A DNA stretch of 64,000 bases from Caldisericia bacterium. Its GTDB lineage: Bacteria; Caldisericota; Caldisericia; JAAYUI01. Under the pieces are notes generated by a model. The model worked only from the letters and a program-made list of their open reading frames with translations. It did not search any database and was not told the DNA's origin. Location of the stretch: assembly GCA_963674785.1 (NCBI GenBank), contig OY771555.1, positions 1,536,001-1,600,000 of the forward strand, in the 5' to 3' direction. Shown here piece by piece: positions 30,904-38,977 of this stretch (position 1 is its first letter; each line of letters starts with the position of its first letter). The translations under genes and the position numbers were made by a program.

Positions 30904-32215
30904 ATTTGATGTTTTCAACAACTTTTATCATGTTCATTGAATTTGAACCCTTCACTAAAACCCAATCATCTTTTTTCAGCTTTTGATTCAATACGTTTAT
31001 GAGTTCTTCTATATCATTAAAATGTGTTGCCATTGGACATTCAGCCGTGATATTTTCTGAGAGTTCTCCGTAACAAAAAACTCCATCAAGCCTTAAGTCT
31101 GATATAAAAGAACCAAGATTTTTATGTATCTCTTCTGTGTTTTTGCCAAGTTCTAGCATGTCTGCAAGAATTGCGAATTTGCGACCGTCTTTCTGTTCAA
31201 GTGCTTTGAGGGTTTCTCTCATAGAAACAGGATTTGCGTTATAGGTTTCATCAACAATATTTATTCCTTTTGATGAAACCACAATCCTACCTCTTCCTTT
31301 TACGGGCTCAAAAGATTCAATAACCTCAATTGAGTCAATCAGTTTTACTCCATATTCGATACCAATTGCAGCCGCAATCAATGAATCGTATAAGAAATGA
31401 ACGGTTGGAGTTTTTGGTTTTATCGAGTATATCTCATCTTTGTGGGTGAAGATAAATCTTCCATCAAGAATTTTCCCTGTTATATCGGCTTTGTTTTTTA
31501 TACCAATGGTTGTGATCTTGCAACGAGTTTTTTCTTTCATTGCGACTACATTTGGATCGTCAACATTTAGGATTGCAATCCCCCCAACAGGTAGAGCTTC
31601 GATAATATGACCTTTTGCTTTTGCAACCCCACTTATGTCGCCAAGTCTCTCAAGATGTGTTTCACCAACGTTTGTTACGGTTGCAATCCTTGGAGTCAGA
31701 ATTTGTAAAAGTCTTGGAATCTCATCAAAATGAGCCCCAGACATCTCTGCAACAAATATTTCAGTATCACTTTTGATATGCTTCAAAGAAATTGGTATTC
31801 CAACTGGAGTGTTCTGGTTCCCAAAGTTTTTCGCGACCCTGTATTTCCTGTCAAGGATTTGTGCTGTTAATTCTTTTGTTGTTGTTTTACCAGCAGAACC
31901 CGTAATACCCACAACATCAAGGTCAAATTTATTGATGTAGTAATGAGCAATTTGTATTAAAGCTTTTGGTGTTGATTCAACAATTATTTCAGGAATCCCG
32001 GAGTCTGTTTTCTTCTCGGCAATTATCAATATTGCCCCTTTTGAGGCAGCAGACTTTGTGTAATCGTGTCCATCCGACTTGTCACCTCTGATACAAAAGA
32101 AAACCTCTCCTGGGGCAACGATTCGGCTATCAACAGCAAAACCTGTTACCTCAGTGTCTGATAATCTTTGGTTTGAGCCTATTGTGTTTGCAATTTCTTG
32201 AATAGTTAGATTCAT
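30902..32215 (-). CDS. murF: UDP-MurNAc-tripeptide--D-Ala-D-Ala ligase
   Basis: DSR, DGHDY, ITGSAGKTTTKE, YNANP and VKGS motifs; follows murE. Confidence 0.9.
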   Translation of the reverse strand: MNLTIQEIANTIGSNQRLSDTEVTGFAVDSRIVAPGEVFFCIRGDKSDGHDYTKSAASKGAILIIAEKKTDSGIPEIIVESTPKALIQIAHYYINKFDLDVVGITGSAGKTTTKELTAQILDRKYRVAKNFGNQNTPVGIPISLKHIKSDTEIFVAEMSGAHFDEIPRLLQILTPRIATVTNVGETHLERLGDISGVAKAKGHIIEALPVGGIAILNVDDPNVVAMKEKTRCKITTIGIKNKADITGKILDGRFIFTHKDEIYSIKPKTPTVHFLYDSLIAAAIGIEYGVKLIDSIEVIESFEPVKGRGRIVVSSKGINIVDETYNANPVSMRETLKALEQKDGRKFAILADMLELGKNTEEIHKNLGSFISDLRLDGVFCYGELSENITAECPMATHFNDIEELINVLNQKLKKDDWVLVKGSNSMNMIKVVENIK

Positions 32216-33675
32216 TCGAAACCCCTCTTTTTGAGTGACTCAACTGCGACAATCCTGTCATCCTTGATGAGTTCACCTTTGACATACATTCTCTCTTGGT
32301 CGCCCCTTGCAAGGATTGCCAAACAGTCGTCATCTTTTGCATGTTCAACTGCGTAGGCAACAGCTTCTTCTCGGTTTTTTATTATCATGTGGTTTGCGCT
32401 GATATTTCCAAGCATGTCTGCAAATTGAGAAACAGTTTCATCGATGTCTTCTCCTTGAGAAAGCCCGTATGTAACTATTGTTTCATCAGAATAATCCTTC
32501 AGAACTCTTGCAATGTTTTCTCTTGCCATGATGTCACCATCACCAACCATATAGATTATTGTTGTGATTTTTCCTTTGCAGAATTTTTTCAGATGAGAAA
32601 GCACAAACAGAACTGAGCTTTCAGTGTTTGCCTTATCAACCAAAATTGGAAAAGGTTGACGTTTTTCAATCCAGTTCCATCTACCAGAAATCGGTCGAAA
32701 TGTCTTGAAGCAGTTGACAAAATCATTGATCTCATAACCAAGACCATGAATCATTCCAAAAACTGTAAGCATATTGATTGTGTTGAGTTCTCCAGCAATC
32801 GGGACAAAGATATCATAGTCTTTGCCAAATGCAGAGATTTTTGCTTTCGAGCTTGTCAATCCTAGGTCGAGTTCTTTTATATAAAGATCACCTGAAGTTT
32901 TTCCAAATGTGATTACGTTCAGACCTTTTGCTCTTTTTTTTGCCTTTTCAAAGAATCCGTCGTCTTTGTTTAGGATGATCGATCCATCTTTTTTTACCAA
33001 ATCAATTGCCATCATTTTCGATTCAACATATGCATCAAATGTTTTTGCAAGCTTCACGTGATGGTTATAGGTGATATTTGAAATGGCAACCGAATCGAAT
33101 TCAAACCCAATCAGTCGTCCTCTTTCGAGTCCAAAGTTTGACATCTCAAGGACTGCATGTTTACTACCCTCATCACTCATCACTTTGAAATAATCATCAA
33201 GAATGGTGACCGGAGGAGTTGTTCCTGGATTTGATTTGTCAAACTGGACATCCCCAGTTGGGAGGATATGACCAGCAGTTCCTATTAAACCAAGTTTTGG
33301 ATCAACTTTTTTTAATGCGTGCGCAAGAAGGTGTGTGGTTGTTGTTTTGCCATTTGTTCCCGTTACACCACAGAGCCTTAGTTTTTTTGAGGGAAATCCA
33401 TTAAGGGCATGTGATAGTTTTGCAAGTACGGTTTTCGTGTCGGAGACCACAATGACAGAATCAGAATCAAATGGTTCTTCAGAAAAAACAACTGGGCATC
33501 CTGCTTCTAGAGCTGTTTTAATATATTTGTGTCCATCGGTATTATCTCCACGAAGAGCAACAAAAATCTTTCCAGGAGCTGACTTTCTTGAGTCAAAAAT
33601 AATTTCATCAATATCTGGATTTTCTTTGTAACTATTATCAAATCCAGCTTTTTTGAGTAATTCATTGAGTTTCAT
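32212..33675 (-). CDS. murE: MurE-family Mur ligase with divergent substrate-binding motifs
   Basis: FDSRK, DGHKY and VTGTNGKTTT motifs; lies between PBP and murF. ATG at 33675 (MKLNELL) preferred; ORF track extends to 33687. Confidence 0.8.
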   Translation of the reverse strand: MKLNELLKKAGFDNSYKENPDIDEIIFDSRKSAPGKIFVALRGDNTDGHKYIKTALEAGCPVVFSEEPFDSDSVIVVSDTKTVLAKLSHALNGFPSKKLRLCGVTGTNGKTTTTHLLAHALKKVDPKLGLIGTAGHILPTGDVQFDKSNPGTTPPVTILDDYFKVMSDEGSKHAVLEMSNFGLERGRLIGFEFDSVAISNITYNHHVKLAKTFDAYVESKMMAIDLVKKDGSIILNKDDGFFEKAKKRAKGLNVITFGKTSGDLYIKELDLGLTSSKAKISAFGKDYDIFVPIAGELNTINMLTVFGMIHGLGYEINDFVNCFKTFRPISGRWNWIEKRQPFPILVDKANTESSVLFVLSHLKKFCKGKITTIIYMVGDGDIMARENIARVLKDYSDETIVTYGLSQGEDIDETVSQFADMLGNISANHMIIKNREEAVAYAVEHAKDDDCLAILARGDQERMYVKGELIKDDRIVAVESLKKRGFE

Positions 33676-33676
33676 A

Positions 33677-35488
33677 TTATTTGTCACCTTTGATGTAGAG
33701 CATGCTTAAAACCTTTGGAGCAATCTCAGAAAAACACGGGATTGCGACAGTTGAACCCCACGGAGTTGTTCCACCGGCGGATGCTTTTGGATACTCAATG
33801 GTCGTAAAGATCACGACCTTTCTTTCGGCAGATGGGTCTGCGGGCACGATTCCAACGAAGCTACAGTTTCTTTTGCTGGTATTGTATCCACCAATCTCTT
33901 TGTCCCAAATGTGTGCAGTTCCGGTTTTTCCGGCAACTGTGTACTTTTCTTTTAGTTTAGAAACTCCACCATATGCATTGGTGTTTTCAGTCAAAAGATT
34001 CATTGTTCTTAAGGCCGTTTCTTCAGATATTGCACGGTGACTCTCCTCTGGTTTATAAATTTTCGATTCACCGTTATTTGGATTGTAATCTTGTCTTACG
34101 ATTATTGGATCAAGCATTATCCCTTTGTTCGCGATTGCTGAATAAGCCATTGTGAGCTGTAGTGGGGTTGCTGTCATTGAGGTTCCAAAAGACATTGCGG
34201 GAAGATCGGTTGCATATTTTGGTTTATTGAAAACACCAGTACTCCCGCCTAAAAAAGAATTTGGTGTTCCACCAAGCCCGAATTTTTTCATTCCATTATA
34301 GAATTTGTCTTTTCCAAGTTTTTGTCCGACCTGAATAAACCCCATATTGCATGAATTTTGTAGGATTTCTAGCAAGTTTTGAGTTCCATGTGCCTTTAAA
34401 GGACATGTGAATCTTTTGTCAGCGATAACCGTCCAGCCCTTACAATAAAACTCTGTTTCTTCGTTAATGACGTCTTCTTCAAGAGCGACTGCGGTCACAA
34501 GACCCTTGATGACTGAGCCAGGGTCATAGGTGAAATTTGTCGCCCTGTTCATGTTTCTTATGGATTCTTCTGTCTCTTTCCACTTGTTCAGATTGAAATT
34601 TGGATATGTTGCCATCGCAAGAATTTCGCCTGTAAAAGGATCACACACAATTGAACAGCCACCCTCTGCATCCCATTTTTCACAGTGTTTTTCAAGAGTT
34701 TTTTCTGTTTCCATCTGGATCATGCTATCAATTGAAAGATATACATCGATTCCATCTGTTGCCGGTTTTATGGTTATATCGTAATTGTTTGAGCTAAGAT
34801 TTTGGCTATGAATTCTTTCACCGACTTCTCCTGACAACATATTATTTAACGCATACTCAATCCCTGATAATCCTTGATTATCTATACCTGTCCATCCAAT
34901 AAGGTTCGAGGCTAGGAAACCTTCGGGATATAAGCGTTTTGTTGCTCCATTAATGACAATGCCTTCAAGATTAAATTTTCTGAGTTTCTCTGCATCCTTT
35001 GCGCTTACCTCTCTTGCGAGAGGCTTATAGGTGGTTTTCCCTTGAATTGTCTTGTGAACTGTATCTTCATCCAGATTGAGGATGTTGGCTATGACAGTTG
35101 CCATACCCTTATCGTTTTCAATGTCCTCAGGTCTTACTTCAAAAAGAGAAGATATTGCAAGTTTGTTTGAGTCTATAATAGGTTGCATTTCCTCGGATAT
35201 TGTTCCGGCAAACCACCCCTTGTTACTGATTCTTTTTGGTTCTACACCAACATCGTATTTGAGGATGTTTGTCGCAAGTGGGTAACCATGTCTATCAAAG
35301 ATTTCCCCTCTCGTTGGGAGTATAGTTTTGCTGGATGTCTTGCCGATACTCCCAGCTTTTTTCACAAAAGCGTTGGCATCAATAAACTGAACTTTGAACA
35401 GTTTTAATACAAGCAAAGAAAAAAGGATAAGAATGAAAACCAGGATTAAGCCAAGCCTTGGTAGGTTTGGTTTGAAGTCATTTCCCAT
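33677..35488 (-). CDS. ftsI: Class B penicillin-binding protein (FtsI/SpoVD-like)
   Basis: N-terminal TM, RGEIFDRHG, R.YP, GLSGIE, SVIK (SxxK), SCN and KTGT motifs. Confidence 0.9.
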   Translation of the reverse strand: MGNDFKPNLPRLGLILVFILILFSLLVLKLFKVQFIDANAFVKKAGSIGKTSSKTILPTRGEIFDRHGYPLATNILKYDVGVEPKRISNKGWFAGTISEEMQPIIDSNKLAISSLFEVRPEDIENDKGMATVIANILNLDEDTVHKTIQGKTTYKPLAREVSAKDAEKLRKFNLEGIVINGATKRLYPEGFLASNLIGWTGIDNQGLSGIEYALNNMLSGEVGERIHSQNLSSNNYDITIKPATDGIDVYLSIDSMIQMETEKTLEKHCEKWDAEGGCSIVCDPFTGEILAMATYPNFNLNKWKETEESIRNMNRATNFTYDPGSVIKGLVTAVALEEDVINEETEFYCKGWTVIADKRFTCPLKAHGTQNLLEILQNSCNMGFIQVGQKLGKDKFYNGMKKFGLGGTPNSFLGGSTGVFNKPKYATDLPAMSFGTSMTATPLQLTMAYSAIANKGIMLDPIIVRQDYNPNNGESKIYKPEESHRAISEETALRTMNLLTENTNAYGGVSKLKEKYTVAGKTGTAHIWDKEIGGYNTSKRNCSFVGIVPADPSAERKVVIFTTIEYPKASAGGTTPWGSTVAIPCFSEIAPKVLSMLYIKGDK

Positions 35489-35783
35489 GAGCCTCGATCC
35501 ACTCCTTTGGATTAGGCAAATATTTTGGTTGCTCGTCTGTTCTCATGCCAAAAAGCTCTTCAGCTTTTTTCTTTAACTCTGCAAGTGATGCTTGTTGGCT
35601 CTGCTCTTCAAGACTTGCTTTTTCTTGTCTCAGATTGCTAATCAGATTCCTTTTTTCTTTGTTGATATTGTCTTGTGTGAGAACTCTTTGAGTCTGAATT
35701 GTATAAAAAACCAGATACATAATTGCTGATAGGATGATTAGTGACCAAATGAAAACTCGATTGAATCGTCTTCTTTTTGCCAT
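35478..35783 (-). CDS. ftsL: Cell division protein FtsL-like
   Basis: Basic N-terminus, one TM and a coiled coil ending AEELFGM; lies between rsmH and PBP. Confidence 0.7.
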   Translation of the reverse strand: MAKRRRFNRVFIWSLIILSAIMYLVFYTIQTQRVLTQDNINKEKRNLISNLRQEKASLEEQSQQASLAELKKKAEELFGMRTDEQPKYLPNPKEWIEAHGK

Positions 35784-36694
35784 TAATCAATTCTCCTTAT
35801 TGCTCTTAGTTTTGCAGACCTTGCAGCCGGGTTGTTTTTTATTTCATCATCAGATGGAACAACTGGCTTTTTCGTGAGTATCTGAAACTCTTCCTTGTCT
35901 GAATTCTTAAAAATATTCTTGACTATTCTATCCTCAAGAGAGTGATACGCAATCACAACAAGTGTCCCGCCAGGAAAGAGAACATCTAAGCATTTGGGGA
36001 TAGCGGTTTCAAGGTGTTCAAGCTCCCGATTGATGAAAATCCTCAGAGCCTGAAATGTTCTTGTTGCAGGGTGAATCTTGCCATGTCTGCCTACTGATTT
36101 TTGGATAATATCTGCAAGTCTTCCAGTTGTTAGAATCTTTTCTTTTCTACGTTCAGTTATGATACTTTTTGCAATGTATCTTGATTTTCTCTCATCCCCA
36201 TATTTCCAGATTATGTCTGCCAATTCATCTTCGGGCAGTGAGTTAACATAGTAGCTGACCGGATCTCCGTCAGTTGCGTCAAGTCTCATGTCAAGTGGTT
36301 GATCATCTGAAAATGTGATTCCACGCTTGAAGTTTTTTATGTGAGCCATTGAGATACCAAGATCAAGAAGGATTCCATCGACACCATTTATTCCATGTTC
36401 TTTGAGCTGTTCTTTTATCTGGCTGTAGTTTGAGTGGATTTGAGTAACTCTATCCTTGTATTCAGTTAGATTCTTTTTTGCAAGTATCATCATTTCAGAA
36501 TCTGCATCAAAGCAATATAGATTTGCATTTGAGTTTTTTAAGAATAGAAGTGTGTGTCCACCCTCACCTGTTGTTCCGTCAACAATTGCGGAACACTGTG
36601 ATGGATTTATGAATTCCATCACTTCGTCGGGCATCACTGGAGTGTGATACCGTCCCAGGTGAACTGTAAGCCGGGTTCTGTCTTGTGCTGTCAT
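35783..36694 (-). CDS. rsmH: 16S rRNA m4C1402 methyltransferase (start uncertain; overlaps rnpB)
   Basis: HTPVM, DGTTGEGGH, DLGIS, PLDMR, HPATRTFQALRI, HSLEDR and ARSAKLR motifs. Confidence 0.93.
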   Translation of the reverse strand: MTAQDRTRLTVHLGRYHTPVMPDEVMEFINPSQCSAIVDGTTGEGGHTLLFLKNSNANLYCFDADSEMMILAKKNLTEYKDRVTQIHSNYSQIKEQLKEHGINGVDGILLDLGISMAHIKNFKRGITFSDDQPLDMRLDATDGDPVSYYVNSLPEDELADIIWKYGDERKSRYIAKSIITERRKEKILTTGRLADIIQKSVGRHGKIHPATRTFQALRIFINRELEHLETAIPKCLDVLFPGGTLVVIAYHSLEDRIVKNIFKNSDKEEFQILTKKPVVPSDDEIKNNPAARSAKLRAIRRID

Positions 36695-36984
36695 TTATCT
36701 ATCGCGGTCTACCCGAGAAGCTGAGCGAGCAACCCTTAACCTTCTCCTATTTGACCTTGCACCAGATGGGGTTTACCAAGCCGACATGTCACCATGACGC
36801 TGGTGAGCTCTTACCTCACCTTTTCAACCTTACCGATTCCGACTACTCGGAATTTAGGCGGTGTGTTTTCTGTGGCACTTTCCCTAGGGTCACCCCCGCT
36901 GGGTATCAGTCCAGCATCCTGCTCTATGGTGCCCGGACTTTCCTCCCCTGAAAATATTTCAGGAGCGACCGCACATTCACCTGG
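36655..36984 (-). ncRNA. rnpB: RNase P RNA, bacterial type A, lacking P18
   Basis: Minus strand has GAGGAAAGUCCGGGC, AGUGCCACAGAAA, GGUAAACCCC, GCAAG and AGAUAAAUGA...ACAGAACCCGGCUUA; P1 helix CCAGGUGAAU/GUUCACCUGG. Confidence 0.97.
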
Positions 36985-36994
36985 AACACTGTGA

Positions 36995-37023
36995 ATTATA
37001 TTGAATATCTATACAACAATCAA
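36995..37023 (-). promoter_or_regulatory. sigma70 promoter of rnpB (and probably the dcw genes)
   Basis: Minus strand TTGATT, 17 nt spacer, TATAAT, about 10 nt upstream of P1. Confidence 0.75.
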
Positions 37024-37030
37024 TGATTTT

Positions 37031-37621
37031 TTATCTGAGTTCTTTTATTGCGGAATCAAAGTTGGAATAAAAACCGTTTACACCACTTTGGTCGGTATAC
37101 AATGTTCCATCGGGTCTCAAAAGCACTATGTAAGGATATCCCGTTACCCCATATTTATAGACAGCTTCCTTATTTTCATCCACAAGGAATGTCCACGGAA
37201 TTTCATCCTGTTCCTTGTTCATTTTCGCAGTTTTTGTATCTTCTCCACAATTGATTGAGAGGAAATGGACTTCATCTTTGTAGATGTTGTAAAGATTTTT
37301 AATTTCTGGGGCAAGAACATGACACCAATGACACCAGGATGCCGTGAAATCAAGAAGAATTGGTTTTCCAGCGTAGTCACTCAAACTATGAATATTTCCC
37401 TCTGTGTCGGGCAGAGTGAAGTTCTTTGCGTTTGGTGAAAGCTTCATTGTTGCGCTTGGGGAAGAGTCCCCAGAAGGCAGGAAAACAACGATCAAGATTA
37501 TAACTAAAACAACTATGATTGCTGATAGAAGCCCAATAAAAAGATTATTTCTTTTGTGTACCTTTTTTTCAGCAACCTTCTTTTTCATCATTTTGGCTTT
37601 TCGGCTAAGCTTATTGCTCAT
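37031..37621 (-). CDS. Membrane-anchored TlpA/ResA-family thiol-disulfide oxidoreductase
   Basis: N-terminal TM, FTLPDTEG...LSDYAGKPILLDF, WCHWC active site, YGVTGYP cis-Pro loop. Confidence 0.9.
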   Translation of the reverse strand: MSNKLSRKAKMMKKKVAEKKVHKRNNLFIGLLSAIIVVLVIILIVVFLPSGDSSPSATMKLSPNAKNFTLPDTEGNIHSLSDYAGKPILLDFTASWCHWCHVLAPEIKNLYNIYKDEVHFLSINCGEDTKTAKMNKEQDEIPWTFLVDENKEAVYKYGVTGYPYIVLLRPDGTLYTDQSGVNGFYSNFDSAIKELR

Positions 37622-37625
37622 GATC

Positions 37626-38903
37626 TTACTCCGATCTGATCAAATTTATATCTCCTGATACTGTTCTAATCATCATACCAGAATCACCATTGCCAATTGT
37701 GAAGTTTCTATTTTTTATGTCAAGACCCTCGGAAGAAATATCCCCGCTTGTTGTTGCAATTCCTCCTCTTATCGAGTTTTCTATATTATCTGAAAAGATG
37801 ATTTCAACATCTCCTGAGGTTGTATTGATTGTGGTATTTCCGGATGTTGCAAAGTAATTATCAATTTCAATTTCACCGGAAATTGTTTTGATTCTCGCGT
37901 TCCCTGGATCTATTATGTCGCCTAAAAAAATATCTCCTGAGGTCGTATTGATTTCAAAGTTACCAGAGTTTGATTTGCACTTAACTCGTCCAGAGATTGA
38001 TGACATGTTTGTATTATCTGCCATTCCGATATTTATATCACCAGAGGTTGTTTTAAATGTTGAATTGCTTGCTTTTTCACAAGAAATATCTCCAGAGACT
38101 GTTGAAATCATGCTTGAACCTTCAAGATTTCCTGCGGAAAAGTGACCACTTTTCAGATTTGTTATGTCAAGGCTTCCTGTCCAATCACCGATAATTTCAA
38201 AATCGTACAACTTATCTTGTGTGGTGATTGATGCTGTTGGGTCATAATAGACAGAGATTTTCAGGTCATAATAGAAATCAGCTTTGGATAAGCCTTTGAC
38301 GTTTAACATGTAATCATCCAAAAGCTCAATATCAAGTTCCAGGCTCTTGTTGATATCGCTTCCTGTTTTTTTGGCTCCCACTTCATAATCAATTCTCTGA
38401 TTTTCGCTTGTGGGGATTATTGTCACTTCGACTTTTTCAGCATGATTATCATCAACACTGATCCTGAATTCATTGATTGGGAAGCTATATAATCCAAGAG
38501 GGTATGAGTTTTCAAATGTCTGTTTTACTTCCCCATGCCAGCCAAAACTGTCAAAATTGAAGAGCTCACCCAAGTTTGAAAGAGTGATTTGTTTTGGTTC
38601 TTCAGGTATTCGCAAAAATGCTCTGGTTGATGTTCCACTTGAACCCGGTGAGGATGCAACCATTAGGATCACCAGCAAAACTGTGAAAGCCAGAGAGCCA
38701 ATGTAGTTAATATCATCCCTGCTAAAAATAACGTTTAACCCAATAATGATGAAGATGATTGGCCAGAGCTTCCAGAAATATGGGAAGTAACCGAAGTCTA
38801 CCCACCCAAAATTACAAAACAGGATATAAAGACCCACCAGCAAAACATTTATTCCACCAATCAACCGACCTACATTAACAGCACTTGGGTTCCTATCTTC
38901 CAT
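37626..38903 (-). CDS. Membrane protein with LiaF/DUF5668-like TM region and DUF4097 beta-strand repeats
   Basis: WKLWPIIFIIIG membrane motif; many (T/S)(T/V/I)SG(D/E)I repeats in the C-terminal half. Confidence 0.8.
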   Translation of the reverse strand: MEDRNPSAVNVGRLIGGINVLLVGLYILFCNFGWVDFGYFPYFWKLWPIIFIIIGLNVIFSRDDINYIGSLAFTVLLVILMVASSPGSSGTSTRAFLRIPEEPKQITLSNLGELFNFDSFGWHGEVKQTFENSYPLGLYSFPINEFRISVDDNHAEKVEVTIIPTSENQRIDYEVGAKKTGSDINKSLELDIELLDDYMLNVKGLSKADFYYDLKISVYYDPTASITTQDKLYDFEIIGDWTGSLDITNLKSGHFSAGNLEGSSMISTVSGDISCEKASNSTFKTTSGDINIGMADNTNMSSISGRVKCKSNSGNFEINTTSGDIFLGDIIDPGNARIKTISGEIEIDNYFATSGNTTINTTSGDVEIIFSDNIENSIRGGIATTSGDISSEGLDIKNRNFTIGNGDSGMMIRTVSGDINLIRSE

Positions 38904-38977
38904 AATCTACCCACTCTCCTTGAAAATATTGCAATATTTCTCTTAAGTATTTCGACACAGAGAAAGCGAAAACGTTT

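Noticed and set aside
36685-36994. Short + strand ORFs (88 aa and 66 aa)
   Set aside because: They are antisense to the RNase P RNA gene.
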